From Promethearchaeia archaeon (GTDB lineage: Archaea; Asgardarchaeota; Lokiarchaeia; Sigyniarchaeales; SOKP01), in the NCBI GenBank assembly GCA_029856155.1, contig JAHQWL010000102.1:1-64000 (forward strand): DNA of 64,000 nucleotides, in the 5' to 3' direction. Of the stretch, positions 1 to 8,607 are shown piece after piece. Made by a program: the position numbers and the translations under genes. Below the pieces are notes generated by a model that was not told where the DNA came from, did no database searches, and saw only the letters and a list, made by a program, of their open reading frames with translations. The first letter of the stretch is position 1. Each line of letters starts with the position of its first letter.

Positions 1-108
1 CTATTCCAAATATACTTTTTGCACATGGTTACAAAAATACAAAAACTACTTTGATCCTTGTTGTTGGTGAGGAGGTTTTTCTTTTAAATCTAATTTTTTC
101 TCATTTGA

Positions 109-1629
109 TTACTTTTTTCCCTTAATGTCAACATTTAAATCTTCTAATTCTTCCTTATACGGTTTCACAGGCTTTAAGTAATCAATTGGAGTATCACACA
201 CCCAACATACATTTTCTAAATTGGTTAACGCTCTCGCACAGTTTTCACAATAAATCGCACCACACTCACAAATATATGTGAATCTTAACACTGCACCCCG
301 ACAGATTAAGCAAATTTTAGTTTCTTTGGAAATTGCCACTTTTTCTTCAGTCATAAAAGCAGGCAACATAGTCCGTTTCTCAAGAATTTCCTCAATATGT
401 TCGTTTAAATGAGCCAATTTTATACGCTCATCCATTGGTGCCCCCATCTCCTTTAATTTTTCCCATAAATCTGATTGCTTAATTAATTTAGATTGTTCAT
501 TTGCAATCCTCTCTATTAATTCTTTATACCCAAATCTTTCAGATATTTTTTGAGCTTGAGTTAAAAATCTTCTAGCTTTCTTTAGATCAGAAGTTAATAA
601 AGAAAGTTTTGCCTGTAAAAGGTAAGTTTCGGCTAAAATTGCATACAAATGCTGACGTTCAGCAAGATTCAATAATTCTTGAATATATGGCTGGATCTCA
701 TCTAATATTTCTGGATCATTAGTTATCCGAAGTTCAATTAAAAATAAATCGCACAAATTTATAATGGATTCATACCGTTGTTCATAAGCTATGGTATTGT
801 CCATAGCCAATTCTTTAAAAATATCTTCCGATTTAATACGATCTCTTGCTCGCAGACTTGATTTTAATAATAAAGCATTGGTATACTGATACAACATGTA
901 TGTCCTTTTATTATCAGATTTCTCTTTAAGTTCGCACAACTGATCAAGGTAAACTTTTGCTTCTTTAATATTTCCCTTTTTAATCAAGATATGAATTAAG
1001 GTACCTAATGGATATGACAACAGAGGTCCATGATTAACCTTAACAGCTTCCTTAGCATACATTATTGCTTTATCATATTCTTTCATCCGAATATATTTGT
1101 CAGCAATATTATTAAGACTAGCAGAAATCAATTCTTTATTACTTGTATCTTTAGCAAGTTCATAAGCTTTTTTATTTAGTTCTAGGGAAGGTTGAATTTC
1201 TCCTTTAAAATAATGATTATTAGCTTTTATCCTTACCAAAAAAGATTCTCTTTCTCTTAAATCTATTCTAAATCTTTCTTTAATTATTTTAAATAGATCT
1301 TCTGCTTGTTTAACTATATTTTCACTCTGACTTATATTTCCCATCATAGAATGTGCATATGCTTTAATAGTTAAAGCATCAAAGGATGTAAGTAAATCTC
1401 CTTGTTTTTGACTTTCTTGAAAAATATCATCAGCGCTCTTAATGGCATCCAAAAAGTTTCCTGATTTATATAATAGATAAGCTTTAAGAAGTTTACATGA
1501 GAGCAGTTCCTGAGCTTTTAAGTTATCCCTTTTCTCTAATTCCAAAACGATTTGGAAAGCCTTCTTAATTTCACCTTGATCCATTAGTTGTTTTGCTTGC
1601 TTTAATTCTATAAGTTCAGAACGAGACAT
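109..1629 (-). CDS. TPR-repeat protein with C-terminal Cys8 RING-like zinc finger
   Basis: Helical TPR-like repeats (e.g. ASLNNIADKYIRMKEYDKAIMYAKEA); C-terminus CLIC-x9-CEC-x4-CENC-x10-CWVC. Confidence 0.75.
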   Translation of the reverse strand: MSRSELIELKQAKQLMDQGEIKKAFQIVLELEKRDNLKAQELLSCKLLKAYLLYKSGNFLDAIKSADDIFQESQKQGDLLTSFDALTIKAYAHSMMGNISQSENIVKQAEDLFKIIKERFRIDLRERESFLVRIKANNHYFKGEIQPSLELNKKAYELAKDTSNKELISASLNNIADKYIRMKEYDKAIMYAKEAVKVNHGPLLSYPLGTLIHILIKKGNIKEAKVYLDQLCELKEKSDNKRTYMLYQYTNALLLKSSLRARDRIKSEDIFKELAMDNTIAYEQRYESIINLCDLFLIELRITNDPEILDEIQPYIQELLNLAERQHLYAILAETYLLQAKLSLLTSDLKKARRFLTQAQKISERFGYKELIERIANEQSKLIKQSDLWEKLKEMGAPMDERIKLAHLNEHIEEILEKRTMLPAFMTEEKVAISKETKICLICRGAVLRFTYICECGAIYCENCARALTNLENVCWVCDTPIDYLKPVKPYKEELEDLNVDIKGKK

Positions 1630-1800
1630 CTTTTTGATAAATTTGATAGTTTTATTCTATTTTGGATCTATTTACTATTATAAGCTAATAGCTATTTTAA
1701 ATATAATGCAAAAATCCAAATTTCTATGTGTCTTTAAAATAAGATAATTATATGTTAGTAAAATAAAATTAAAAAAAGAATAAGAAAAAAAATTGATTAA

Positions 1801-1887
1801 TTATAGGTCTTTCAATCCAAATCTGTATCTTTTTGGATGAGAAACAAAATCTCCGAGTGTTGCATCCATACCTTTTTTATTTGACAT
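1801..1887 (-). CDS. 28-aa micro-peptide A (MSNKKGMDATLGDFVSHPKRYRFGLKDL)
   Basis: Manual translation; GAGGT Shine-Dalgarno-like site upstream; same-length paralog at 2175-2261; TATA/operator upstream and T-rich tract downstream. Confidence 0.75.
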   Translation of the reverse strand: MSNKKGMDATLGDFVSHPKRYRFGLKDL

Positions 1888-1937
1888 TTTTTTTTACCTC
1901 TGTGTTTTCTTATACTTATAATATAGATTTGATTCAA

Positions 1938-1973
1938 TATATAGTTTTTATTGCGGAACTTTGAGTGAAGTTC
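1938..1973 (-). promoter_or_regulatory. TATA/BRE promoter with upstream palindromic operator GAACTT-N6-AAGTTC (copy 1)
   Basis: TATATA 1938-1943, A-rich BRE-like stretch, palindrome 1956-1973; same layout and spacing at 2434-2469. Confidence 0.65.
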
Positions 1974-2174
1974 GAATTTAAAGGAATGTTATGAAACAAA
2001 ATTAGATAGTTTTTTTTTCTGAATAGATTCAGGGCTAATGACAAATTTTATTCAATAATTAAATCAATTATTAAAGATTTAAGAGAAACTATGTTTGTTT
2101 CTATTTTTAATATAAGTAAAATGAATAAAAATCATAAATAAAAAGAAGAAAAAATAAGAAAAAAAACTAATTAA

Positions 2175-2261
2175 TTATAGGTCTTTCCATCCAAAGGAGT
2201 ATTTCTTTGGATTTGAAAGATAATCCGAAAGGGTTGCTTTCATACCTTTTTTATTTGACAT
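2175..2261 (-). CDS. 28-aa micro-peptide B (MSNKKGMKATLSDYLSNPKKYSFGWKDL)
   Basis: Paralog of 1801-1887, no indels, same GAGGT leader. Confidence 0.75.
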   Translation of the reverse strand: MSNKKGMKATLSDYLSNPKKYSFGWKDL

Positions 2262-2305
2262 TTTTTTTACCTCTTTGTTTTCTTAATATTATAAAAATTA
2301 TTTGA

Positions 2306-2383
2306 TTAATCTCGAATGATGTCTTGAGAAACAATGACATCATTCCTTATCTTGATAATTCGAGTCTGATTTATTTTTTTCAT
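2306..2383 (-). CDS. 25-aa micro-peptide C (MKKINQTRIIKIRNDVIVSQDIIRD)
   Basis: Same AAGAAAACAAAGAGGT leader as peptide B; first gene behind operator copy 2. Confidence 0.5.
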   Translation of the reverse strand: MKKINQTRIIKIRNDVIVSQDIIRD

Positions 2384-2433
2384 TTTTTTTTTAACCTCTT
2401 TGTTTTCTTAATTATAATACAGATAAACATTAT

Positions 2434-2469
2434 TATATAGTTTTTATTACGGAACTTCGTGCGAAGTTC
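2434..2469 (-). promoter_or_regulatory. TATA/BRE promoter with palindromic operator GAACTTCG-TG-CGAAGTTC (copy 2)
   Basis: TATATA 2434-2439; perfect 8-2-8 palindrome 2452-2469; lies between the peptide genes and the divergent regulator. Confidence 0.65.
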
Positions 2470-2549
2470 GAATATTTAAGAAATAATTTAAATAGTAAAA
2501 AAACATATCTATAAATAATTAAAGAATTTAATTAAGGATCTCTTAAGCT

Positions 2550-4445
2550 ATGAGTGTAATTAATTATCCTCCAGAGGAGATATATAAAACTCCAAAATTT
2601 GGAAAAAGAAATTTTGAACATATTATTCTCTGGATGTTATCTAATAATGATGAATGTCAGTGGTCAGATTTCACTGAAAAACCACTTGAGCTTAGTTTAT
2701 CTACCTTATCTAAGTATCTGTCAATGTTAAAAGGTAGGGGTTATGTTGATAATTATGCTCGAGGGCATTATAAGATAACTCCAGAAGGTCAAAAGAGATT
2801 TCATGAAGTCTCTGGAGTTCTTAGGAAGAAGAGGAAATTAAATTATCCTCCTGATGTTATTAAAAGAAGAAGAAATTACGATCATTGGATTCTTTGGATG
2901 GTATATAACAATGATTATTTGAAATGGTCCAATTTTCTTGAAGAACCACTTTCTATAAATCAATCATCCTTATCAAAAAATATGAATTTGTTAATGGATA
3001 AGAGATTTGTAATAAAAGAGAATAAGAGGTATAGAATCACTCAATCAGGTAAAATGGAATATTCAAGAATGTTACAAAACTACGATTTAGATAGACAATC
3101 AATTTTAGACGATGAAACCAAACGAATTGAGGAGATTACTAAAAAAACTGTCAACTTTTTTGAAAATTATGATATTAAAAATGAAGATATTCAATTTAGG
3201 TTTCTCAACAATGTTTTAAGATTAGATTATACAAGAGTGAAAGCTATGTTAAGAGATGAGGAAGAATTTAACAAGATTTTACTTTTTCTTTCAATTAATC
3301 ATCCAGATCAATATCCTAATAGTATTTCTATGGAGGATTTTTCAAATACATACGGAATTAAGAAGTCAAAATTAGAGTATTATATAGATGAAATTGTCGA
3401 AAATCAGATATATCCAATAAAATTTTTCAAATTAGTTATGTCTCCAGATGAATATTATTATTTCCAGGAAAACGAAAGATTAGAGATTATGCTTCGGGCT
3501 ATAACAGAAGATTATATAACAAAATATACGTATTTAGGTAAGTTATTTTCAAGGACACTAGATTTACGAGCAATACTTAATAATATCTTAGATGATATAT
3601 GTGGACTATTATTTAATGAATATTTTAGAGAAACATTAACTGAATTTTTACATCAATATATTAATTACTTAGCTTATAAAATTGAAGCGAAAGTTGAATT
3701 GAGAGAACGATATGAAAAATTAGAAGGAATAATCTGGCGGGATATGATTGATTTATTTCAATCTCAGAGTTCTGGAGGTTTAAAAAACCAATATAATGAA
3801 AAAATTAGAGAGATTGATAAAGATCTTGAGTCTAATCCGGATAATATCGATTTATACAACACTAAAATATCAATTTTGCTCTATTATGCTCAATTTGATG
3901 ATGCACTGAAATTATTAGAAGAGATGTTAGAGATATTCCAAGAAAATGAGATTGACATTAAGATGAAAAAAGCATCAGTTTTTAGAAGAATGCGAGAAAT
4001 AGAGAGTGGTTTAGATATAATTAATGAATTACTTGAAAAATATCCGGAAAATAATGATCTTCTAAATTATAAAGTCTATTGGCTGCAATTTTTAAATAGA
4101 AAAGAAGAAGCATTACAATTAATCCAAGATTTAGTTGATAAAGTTCCTGATAACGGAACATACCATGATACGTATGGAGAAATTTTAATGTATTACGAAG
4201 AGTATGAACAAGCTATAGAAAAATTCTTGAAAGCAATTGAAGTGGCTAAAGATGAGTGGTATATAAATCAAACTTACATAAAGTTAGGAATTTGTTATAA
4301 AATGCTTGAAAATTATGATTTAGCACTTAAAAATCTTAAAAAAGGGAGAGAATTAACAAGAAAAAGCTCCACTGACGATGATACTAAGGAAAAATGGCTT
4401 ACAATTGTCGATCTTTTTATTAATGAAATAAATGAATTTCTCTAA
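2550..4445 (+). CDS. Putative transcription regulator: tandem winged-helix domains plus C-terminal TPR domain
   Basis: Two homologous wHTH units (ILWM...STLSKYLSMLKGRGYV...YKITPEG; ILWM...SSLSKNMNLLMDKRFV...YRITQSG), a possible third; TPR motifs (YHDTYGEILMYYEEYEQAIEKFLKAI). Confidence 0.75.
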   Translation: MSVINYPPEEIYKTPKFGKRNFEHIILWMLSNNDECQWSDFTEKPLELSLSTLSKYLSMLKGRGYVDNYARGHYKITPEGQKRFHEVSGVLRKKRKLNYPPDVIKRRRNYDHWILWMVYNNDYLKWSNFLEEPLSINQSSLSKNMNLLMDKRFVIKENKRYRITQSGKMEYSRMLQNYDLDRQSILDDETKRIEEITKKTVNFFENYDIKNEDIQFRFLNNVLRLDYTRVKAMLRDEEEFNKILLFLSINHPDQYPNSISMEDFSNTYGIKKSKLEYYIDEIVENQIYPIKFFKLVMSPDEYYYFQENERLEIMLRAITEDYITKYTYLGKLFSRTLDLRAILNNILDDICGLLFNEYFRETLTEFLHQYINYLAYKIEAKVELRERYEKLEGIIWRDMIDLFQSQSSGGLKNQYNEKIREIDKDLESNPDNIDLYNTKISILLYYAQFDDALKLLEEMLEIFQENEIDIKMKKASVFRRMREIESGLDIINELLEKYPENNDLLNYKVYWLQFLNRKEEALQLIQDLVDKVPDNGTYHDTYGEILMYYEEYEQAIEKFLKAIEVAKDEWYINQTYIKLGICYKMLENYDLALKNLKKGRELTRKSSTDDDTKEKWLTIVDLFINEINEFL

Positions 4446-4583
4446 ATTTAAGGATAAATAAGTAAGTCTTAACATTATGATCTTTAATGTATAAACCTTT
4501 TTAGACTAAAATATAAATAATGTAATATAGATTGTATTATTAAAAATATACGTATTAAATGAATAATTTAGATAAGAATTCTA

Positions 4584-4988
4584 ATGGATGAATTGAGAAG
4601 TAAGCGATATCAGGATAAGATCCAGCATATATTTGATTATATGCAAGAGCTTCCATTAAAACCGAAAAATGAACTTGAAAAACGTGGAATTTTTTATTCT
4701 CTTCAAACGTCCATTGAAGCTATGGTAGATTTAATAGCAATGCTTGTAAAAGATTTAGGGATTCAAGTAAAAGATGATAACAGAAATATTTCTGAAATAG
4801 TACAAAAAAGAAACTTAAAACACGAATTGGGAGAGAAATTAAAAAAAGCCAATGGTTTAAGAAATATAATTGTTCACCGCTATAATGAAATTGATGAAAA
4901 ATTAATATTAGATTCTGTAAAAGACGTTAAAGATCTCTTAGTACGTTGGATTGAAATTATTGAGGAATGCATAAATGAAATTAAATGA
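4584..4988 (+). CDS. HEPN/DUF86 (HepT-like) ribonuclease toxin
   Basis: RX4HXY motif RNIIVHRY; overlaps the downstream MNT gene. Confidence 0.85.
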   Translation: MDELRSKRYQDKIQHIFDYMQELPLKPKNELEKRGIFYSLQTSIEAMVDLIAMLVKDLGIQVKDDNRNISEIVQKRNLKHELGEKLKKANGLRNIIVHRYNEIDEKLILDSVKDVKDLLVRWIEIIEECINEIK

Positions 4989-5373
4989 ACTTAGACAAAT
5001 AAGAGAAGATTTAAATTTTTTAGAGGAGAAATATGACGTAATAGTTTATGGATCCTATGTGGAGGGATCAATGCGCCCAAATTCAGATATTGATATATCT
5101 ATACTTTCATACGAGACAAAGAATGGTGAAAATATTGAAATACTAAAAAAATTTTTAGGAAAGTTTCCTCTGAAGTATGATATCAGAATTTTTGAATTGT
5201 TTCCTATATATATTCAAATTTCGATTATTGAAAATTATCAAGTTATTTTTGGAGATCCTCTTGAAATATCAGAATATTTTTATTCATTTAGAAAAATGTG
5301 GGATGATTGTAAATACCGTATCTTTTCTAACCAATTTTCAAGCTACAGCGAACGTCTATCTTTAATAAAATAA
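4975..5373 (+). CDS. Minimal nucleotidyltransferase (MntA-like antitoxin)
   Basis: GS-x10-DxD motif GSYVEGSMRPNSDID. Confidence 0.85.
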   Translation: MKLNELRQIREDLNFLEEKYDVIVYGSYVEGSMRPNSDIDISILSYETKNGENIEILKKFLGKFPLKYDIRIFELFPIYIQISIIENYQVIFGDPLEISEYFYSFRKMWDDCKYRIFSNQFSSYSERLSLIK

Positions 5374-5524
5374 AGAATTGAACTATTTCTAGAAGTTAAA
5401 CTTTAAAATTTCTATTTAGTTCTTCTTTTAAAAACTCTATTTCACTATCTTTTTCAATCAATATTGATATGATATGTTTCCAAAATAGAAAAAATTCTTT
5501 TAAAATCGAATTTTTATCTTTGTA

Positions 5525-6190
5525 ATGATTAAAGAAATTGAGCTGCAATATCAAAATATAATAGAACATTTTCCTAACACAGTAACTATTGAAAATGAAA
5601 TTACTCACATTAAAATTGAATTAATTAAGGGAATTATTTTAGAAATTGATTATTCTAAATATCCTAAAAAACCAAAAGTTAAGCTTATTAACCAAACAGG
5701 GAAAGTATATAAAAAATTAAGTAATGACATCACTTCTTTAAAAAATTGGAAAATAGATAAGACTAAGTCTATTTTAAAGGTTATTAATGAAATTATTTTT
5801 ATTTTAAAGGATCTTCAATCAAATATAGTAAAAATAAAAAGGGAGTTACTAATTGGATTTTTAGCGTTATGTCGGGCGCATCATCCAAAAGAATTTTTAG
5901 GAATCCTTAAAATGGATAAAAATGTATTTACTGAATTTATTTTACCACCAGGTGCAATCACTTCGAAACATTCAGGAGTATTCTTTCCAAGTAGACTCCC
6001 AACAAATCGATATTATCAAGGAACTATTCATTCACATCCATCTGGAAATTTACATCCTTCTCTACAAGATTTAAATAGTATATTTAAAGGGAATAGATTT
6101 CACTTTATTGTAGGTTTTCCATATAATTTATACAATATTAAATGTTACGATAAAAATGGTACAGAACTTCAATTTAAAGTGATTAGCTAA
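5525..6190 (+). CDS. JAB/MPN+ (JAMM) metalloprotease with N-terminal RWD/UBC-like domain
   Basis: JAMM motif E...HSHPSGNLHPSLQD; N-terminal YPKKP resembles the YPxxP turn of RWD/UBC folds. Confidence 0.75.
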   Translation: MIKEIELQYQNIIEHFPNTVTIENEITHIKIELIKGIILEIDYSKYPKKPKVKLINQTGKVYKKLSNDITSLKNWKIDKTKSILKVINEIIFILKDLQSNIVKIKRELLIGFLALCRAHHPKEFLGILKMDKNVFTEFILPPGAITSKHSGVFFPSRLPTNRYYQGTIHSHPSGNLHPSLQDLNSIFKGNRFHFIVGFPYNLYNIKCYDKNGTELQFKVIS

Positions 6191-6288
6191 TATTCAATTA
6201 CTTCTTCAAAATTAAATTTATATTAAATTCATAAATTTTAACTTAACCACTTAGGATTTATAATAATTTGCATTTTTAAATATACCTC

Positions 6289-6363
6289 CTACATTCTATC
6301 TGCAAGTATTGAAATTATGTTATTCCCAAATCCGCCAAAATTACATGTTATCCCTGTTTCTGA
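6289..6363 (-). pseudogene. C-terminal remnant of a thiolase paralog (SETGITCNFGGFGNNIISILADRM*)
   Basis: Closely matches the end of 8608-9831 (AETGITCNFGGFGNNILSIIVEKM*); in-frame stop a few codons upstream. Confidence 0.75.
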
Positions 6364-6625
6364 TCTTATTTTTTAAACCTTTACATTTTGTTTTTTTCTC
6401 TTTTCTTGTCAGTTTTATCTGCGGGAAAGATATCTCAAAATATCGTAAGAATAGAATAAAATAAATGATCCAAAAATTTATTTTTATTGAATATAAAATT
6501 AAACATTTTAATTTATTCTCGTTATTTTTAGGGTATATTTATTTAAAATCGATCAATATCAAGCTATTCAAAAAAAGTAAAAGTTAATATGATCTTATTT
6601 TGAATATTTTTTTGGAGATTAAATT

Positions 6626-8503
6626 ATGAATGATACAAAATTTGATTTAAATATAACAAAAACAGATTATAAATCTATATTCAAGAAATTCCCTACGCCT
6701 ACTTATCTGTGGCAAAAAATTGGTGATGAATTAATATTGATTGATTTTAATAATGCTGCAAAAGAAATCACAGAGGAGAAAATAATAAATTTTTTGGGGA
6801 TTAAAGCTTCAGAGTTATATAAAGAACAGCCTCAAATTTTAGAAGAACTATGCAGGTGCATGAATGAACAAAATTGTATTTCTCGAGAAATGATATATCA
6901 TTATCAATCTACAGGACAAGAAAAAATTCTCTTTGTAATTTATGATTATGTTTCACCAAATCTAGTATTAGTTCATACAAAAAATATTACCGAGCAAAAA
7001 AAAGCAGAAGAAAAATTGCGAGAAAGTGAAATACATTTTCGTTCCATTGTAGAAAATTCTCATGATGGAATTCTTATTGTAAACGATAGCTTTCAATTCA
7101 CCTATGTAAATAATGTTTTATGTCAAATTTTAGATTATTCTTATGATGAGATTGTTGGTCAAGATTTTCGAAATTTCTTAGATGAAGCAGGTAAAAAACT
7201 TGTAGGAGATCGTTATGTTCGCAGACAAAGAGGAGAAAAAGTACCTCCCAGATATGAATTTAATGTTGTTAGGAAAAATGGTGAAAAACGGCACGTAGAA
7301 ATCATTTCTACAGTAAGTACAGAGTTAAGGGGAGGAATAACGACCATTGCTCAAATCTTGGATATAACAGAGCGGAAAAAAATTGAACAAAAACTGAAAG
7401 AATCGGAAAAAAAATTTAGGAGAATATTTGAAGATTCACCCTTTTCTATAGTTTTGATTAATCTGAACGGAAAATTAGTTGACTGTAATCCTGCAACAGA
7501 AAAATACAGCGGATATAAAAAAGAGGAATTAATTGGTAAGGATTTTAGAGATCTTTCTTTAATTCATCCAAAATTTTTACTTTCACTTGAACAAACCTTT
7601 AATCGCCTTTTAAAAGAAGAGAAAATTTATAATGCAGATATTCAAATGTATAAAAAAAAGGGAGACTTGATTTGGATAAATTTACAATCTTCTCGGGTTA
7701 AATTAAACGGTGAAACATTTTTCCAAGTTATAATACACGATATTAACAAACAAAAAAATGCAGATCTTCTTATAAGAGAACAGATTAGAAAATTAAAAGA
7801 ATTGAATAAAATTCAAAAAGAATTTATTACTAGAGCTTCCCACGAATTAAAAACCCCATTAATGTCTATTAGTGGAGCTAGTGAACTTCTAAGAGACGTT
7901 TATAATGATAAATTAGATAAGAATGCTTTAGAAATGCTTGAAATTATTCAAAGAAATAAGCAACGATTAGAATTTCTTATCAATAACTTACTTGACATTG
8001 TACATATAGATTATAAGAAACTCAAATTGAAGAAACAATCATGTAATCTCTCTAACATAATTCAAGAAATAATTAAAGAATGGGACTATTTTTTAAAAAA
8101 AAGTGAAATTAATTTAATTTTAGAACTTCCTACGAGTGTAATATTAAATATCGATAAAATAAGATTTGAACAAGTGTTTGCAAATATCCTTTTAAATGCT
8201 GTTAAAAATTCACCTCCTAATAGTAATGTTAAAATTATTGTTAAATATAAAGGAAAAAGCGTAAAAATATCGATAAGCGACACTGGAATAGGGTTAACTG
8301 AAGATGAAATCAATAAATTATTTACCAAATTTGGTAAGATTGAAAGATATGGTAAAGGAATGGAATTTCTTGATATTCAAGGTTCTGGTCTTGGACTATA
8401 TATCTCAAAAGAAATTATTGAATTACATGGCGGAAAAATTAGTGTAGAATCTGCGGGAAGAAACATGGGAGCGAAATTTACAATTGAATTACCAAAAGAA
8501 TAA
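6626..8503 (+). CDS. Multi-PAS sensor histidine kinase
   Basis: Three PAS-like modules; H-box SHELKTPL; N, G1 (DTGIG) and G2 (GSGLGL) boxes. Confidence 0.9.
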   Translation: MNDTKFDLNITKTDYKSIFKKFPTPTYLWQKIGDELILIDFNNAAKEITEEKIINFLGIKASELYKEQPQILEELCRCMNEQNCISREMIYHYQSTGQEKILFVIYDYVSPNLVLVHTKNITEQKKAEEKLRESEIHFRSIVENSHDGILIVNDSFQFTYVNNVLCQILDYSYDEIVGQDFRNFLDEAGKKLVGDRYVRRQRGEKVPPRYEFNVVRKNGEKRHVEIISTVSTELRGGITTIAQILDITERKKIEQKLKESEKKFRRIFEDSPFSIVLINLNGKLVDCNPATEKYSGYKKEELIGKDFRDLSLIHPKFLLSLEQTFNRLLKEEKIYNADIQMYKKKGDLIWINLQSSRVKLNGETFFQVIIHDINKQKNADLLIREQIRKLKELNKIQKEFITRASHELKTPLMSISGASELLRDVYNDKLDKNALEMLEIIQRNKQRLEFLINNLLDIVHIDYKKLKLKKQSCNLSNIIQEIIKEWDYFLKKSEINLILELPTSVILNIDKIRFEQVFANILLNAVKNSPPNSNVKIIVKYKGKSVKISISDTGIGLTEDEINKLFTKFGKIERYGKGMEFLDIQGSGLGLYISKEIIELHGGKISVESAGRNMGAKFTIELPKE

Positions 8504-8607
8504 GTTCTTCTCTTAATAAATTTATAGAATCTCCCAATTTTAATAGTTTTAGAATACATACTGCTCAATAATTGAAAAGTTAAACTTGAGTTTTTGTAAC
8601 AGATTAC

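Noticed and set aside
1801-2261. Class III (prepilin) signal peptide in MSNKKG-M
   Set aside because: KKG resembles the cleavage site, but no hydrophobic helix follows
1760-2470. CRISPR array or MITE as the source of the repeats
   Set aside because: Repeats are duplicated promoter/leader/ORF units that keep codon phase; no constant repeat-spacer period, terminal inverted repeats or cas genes
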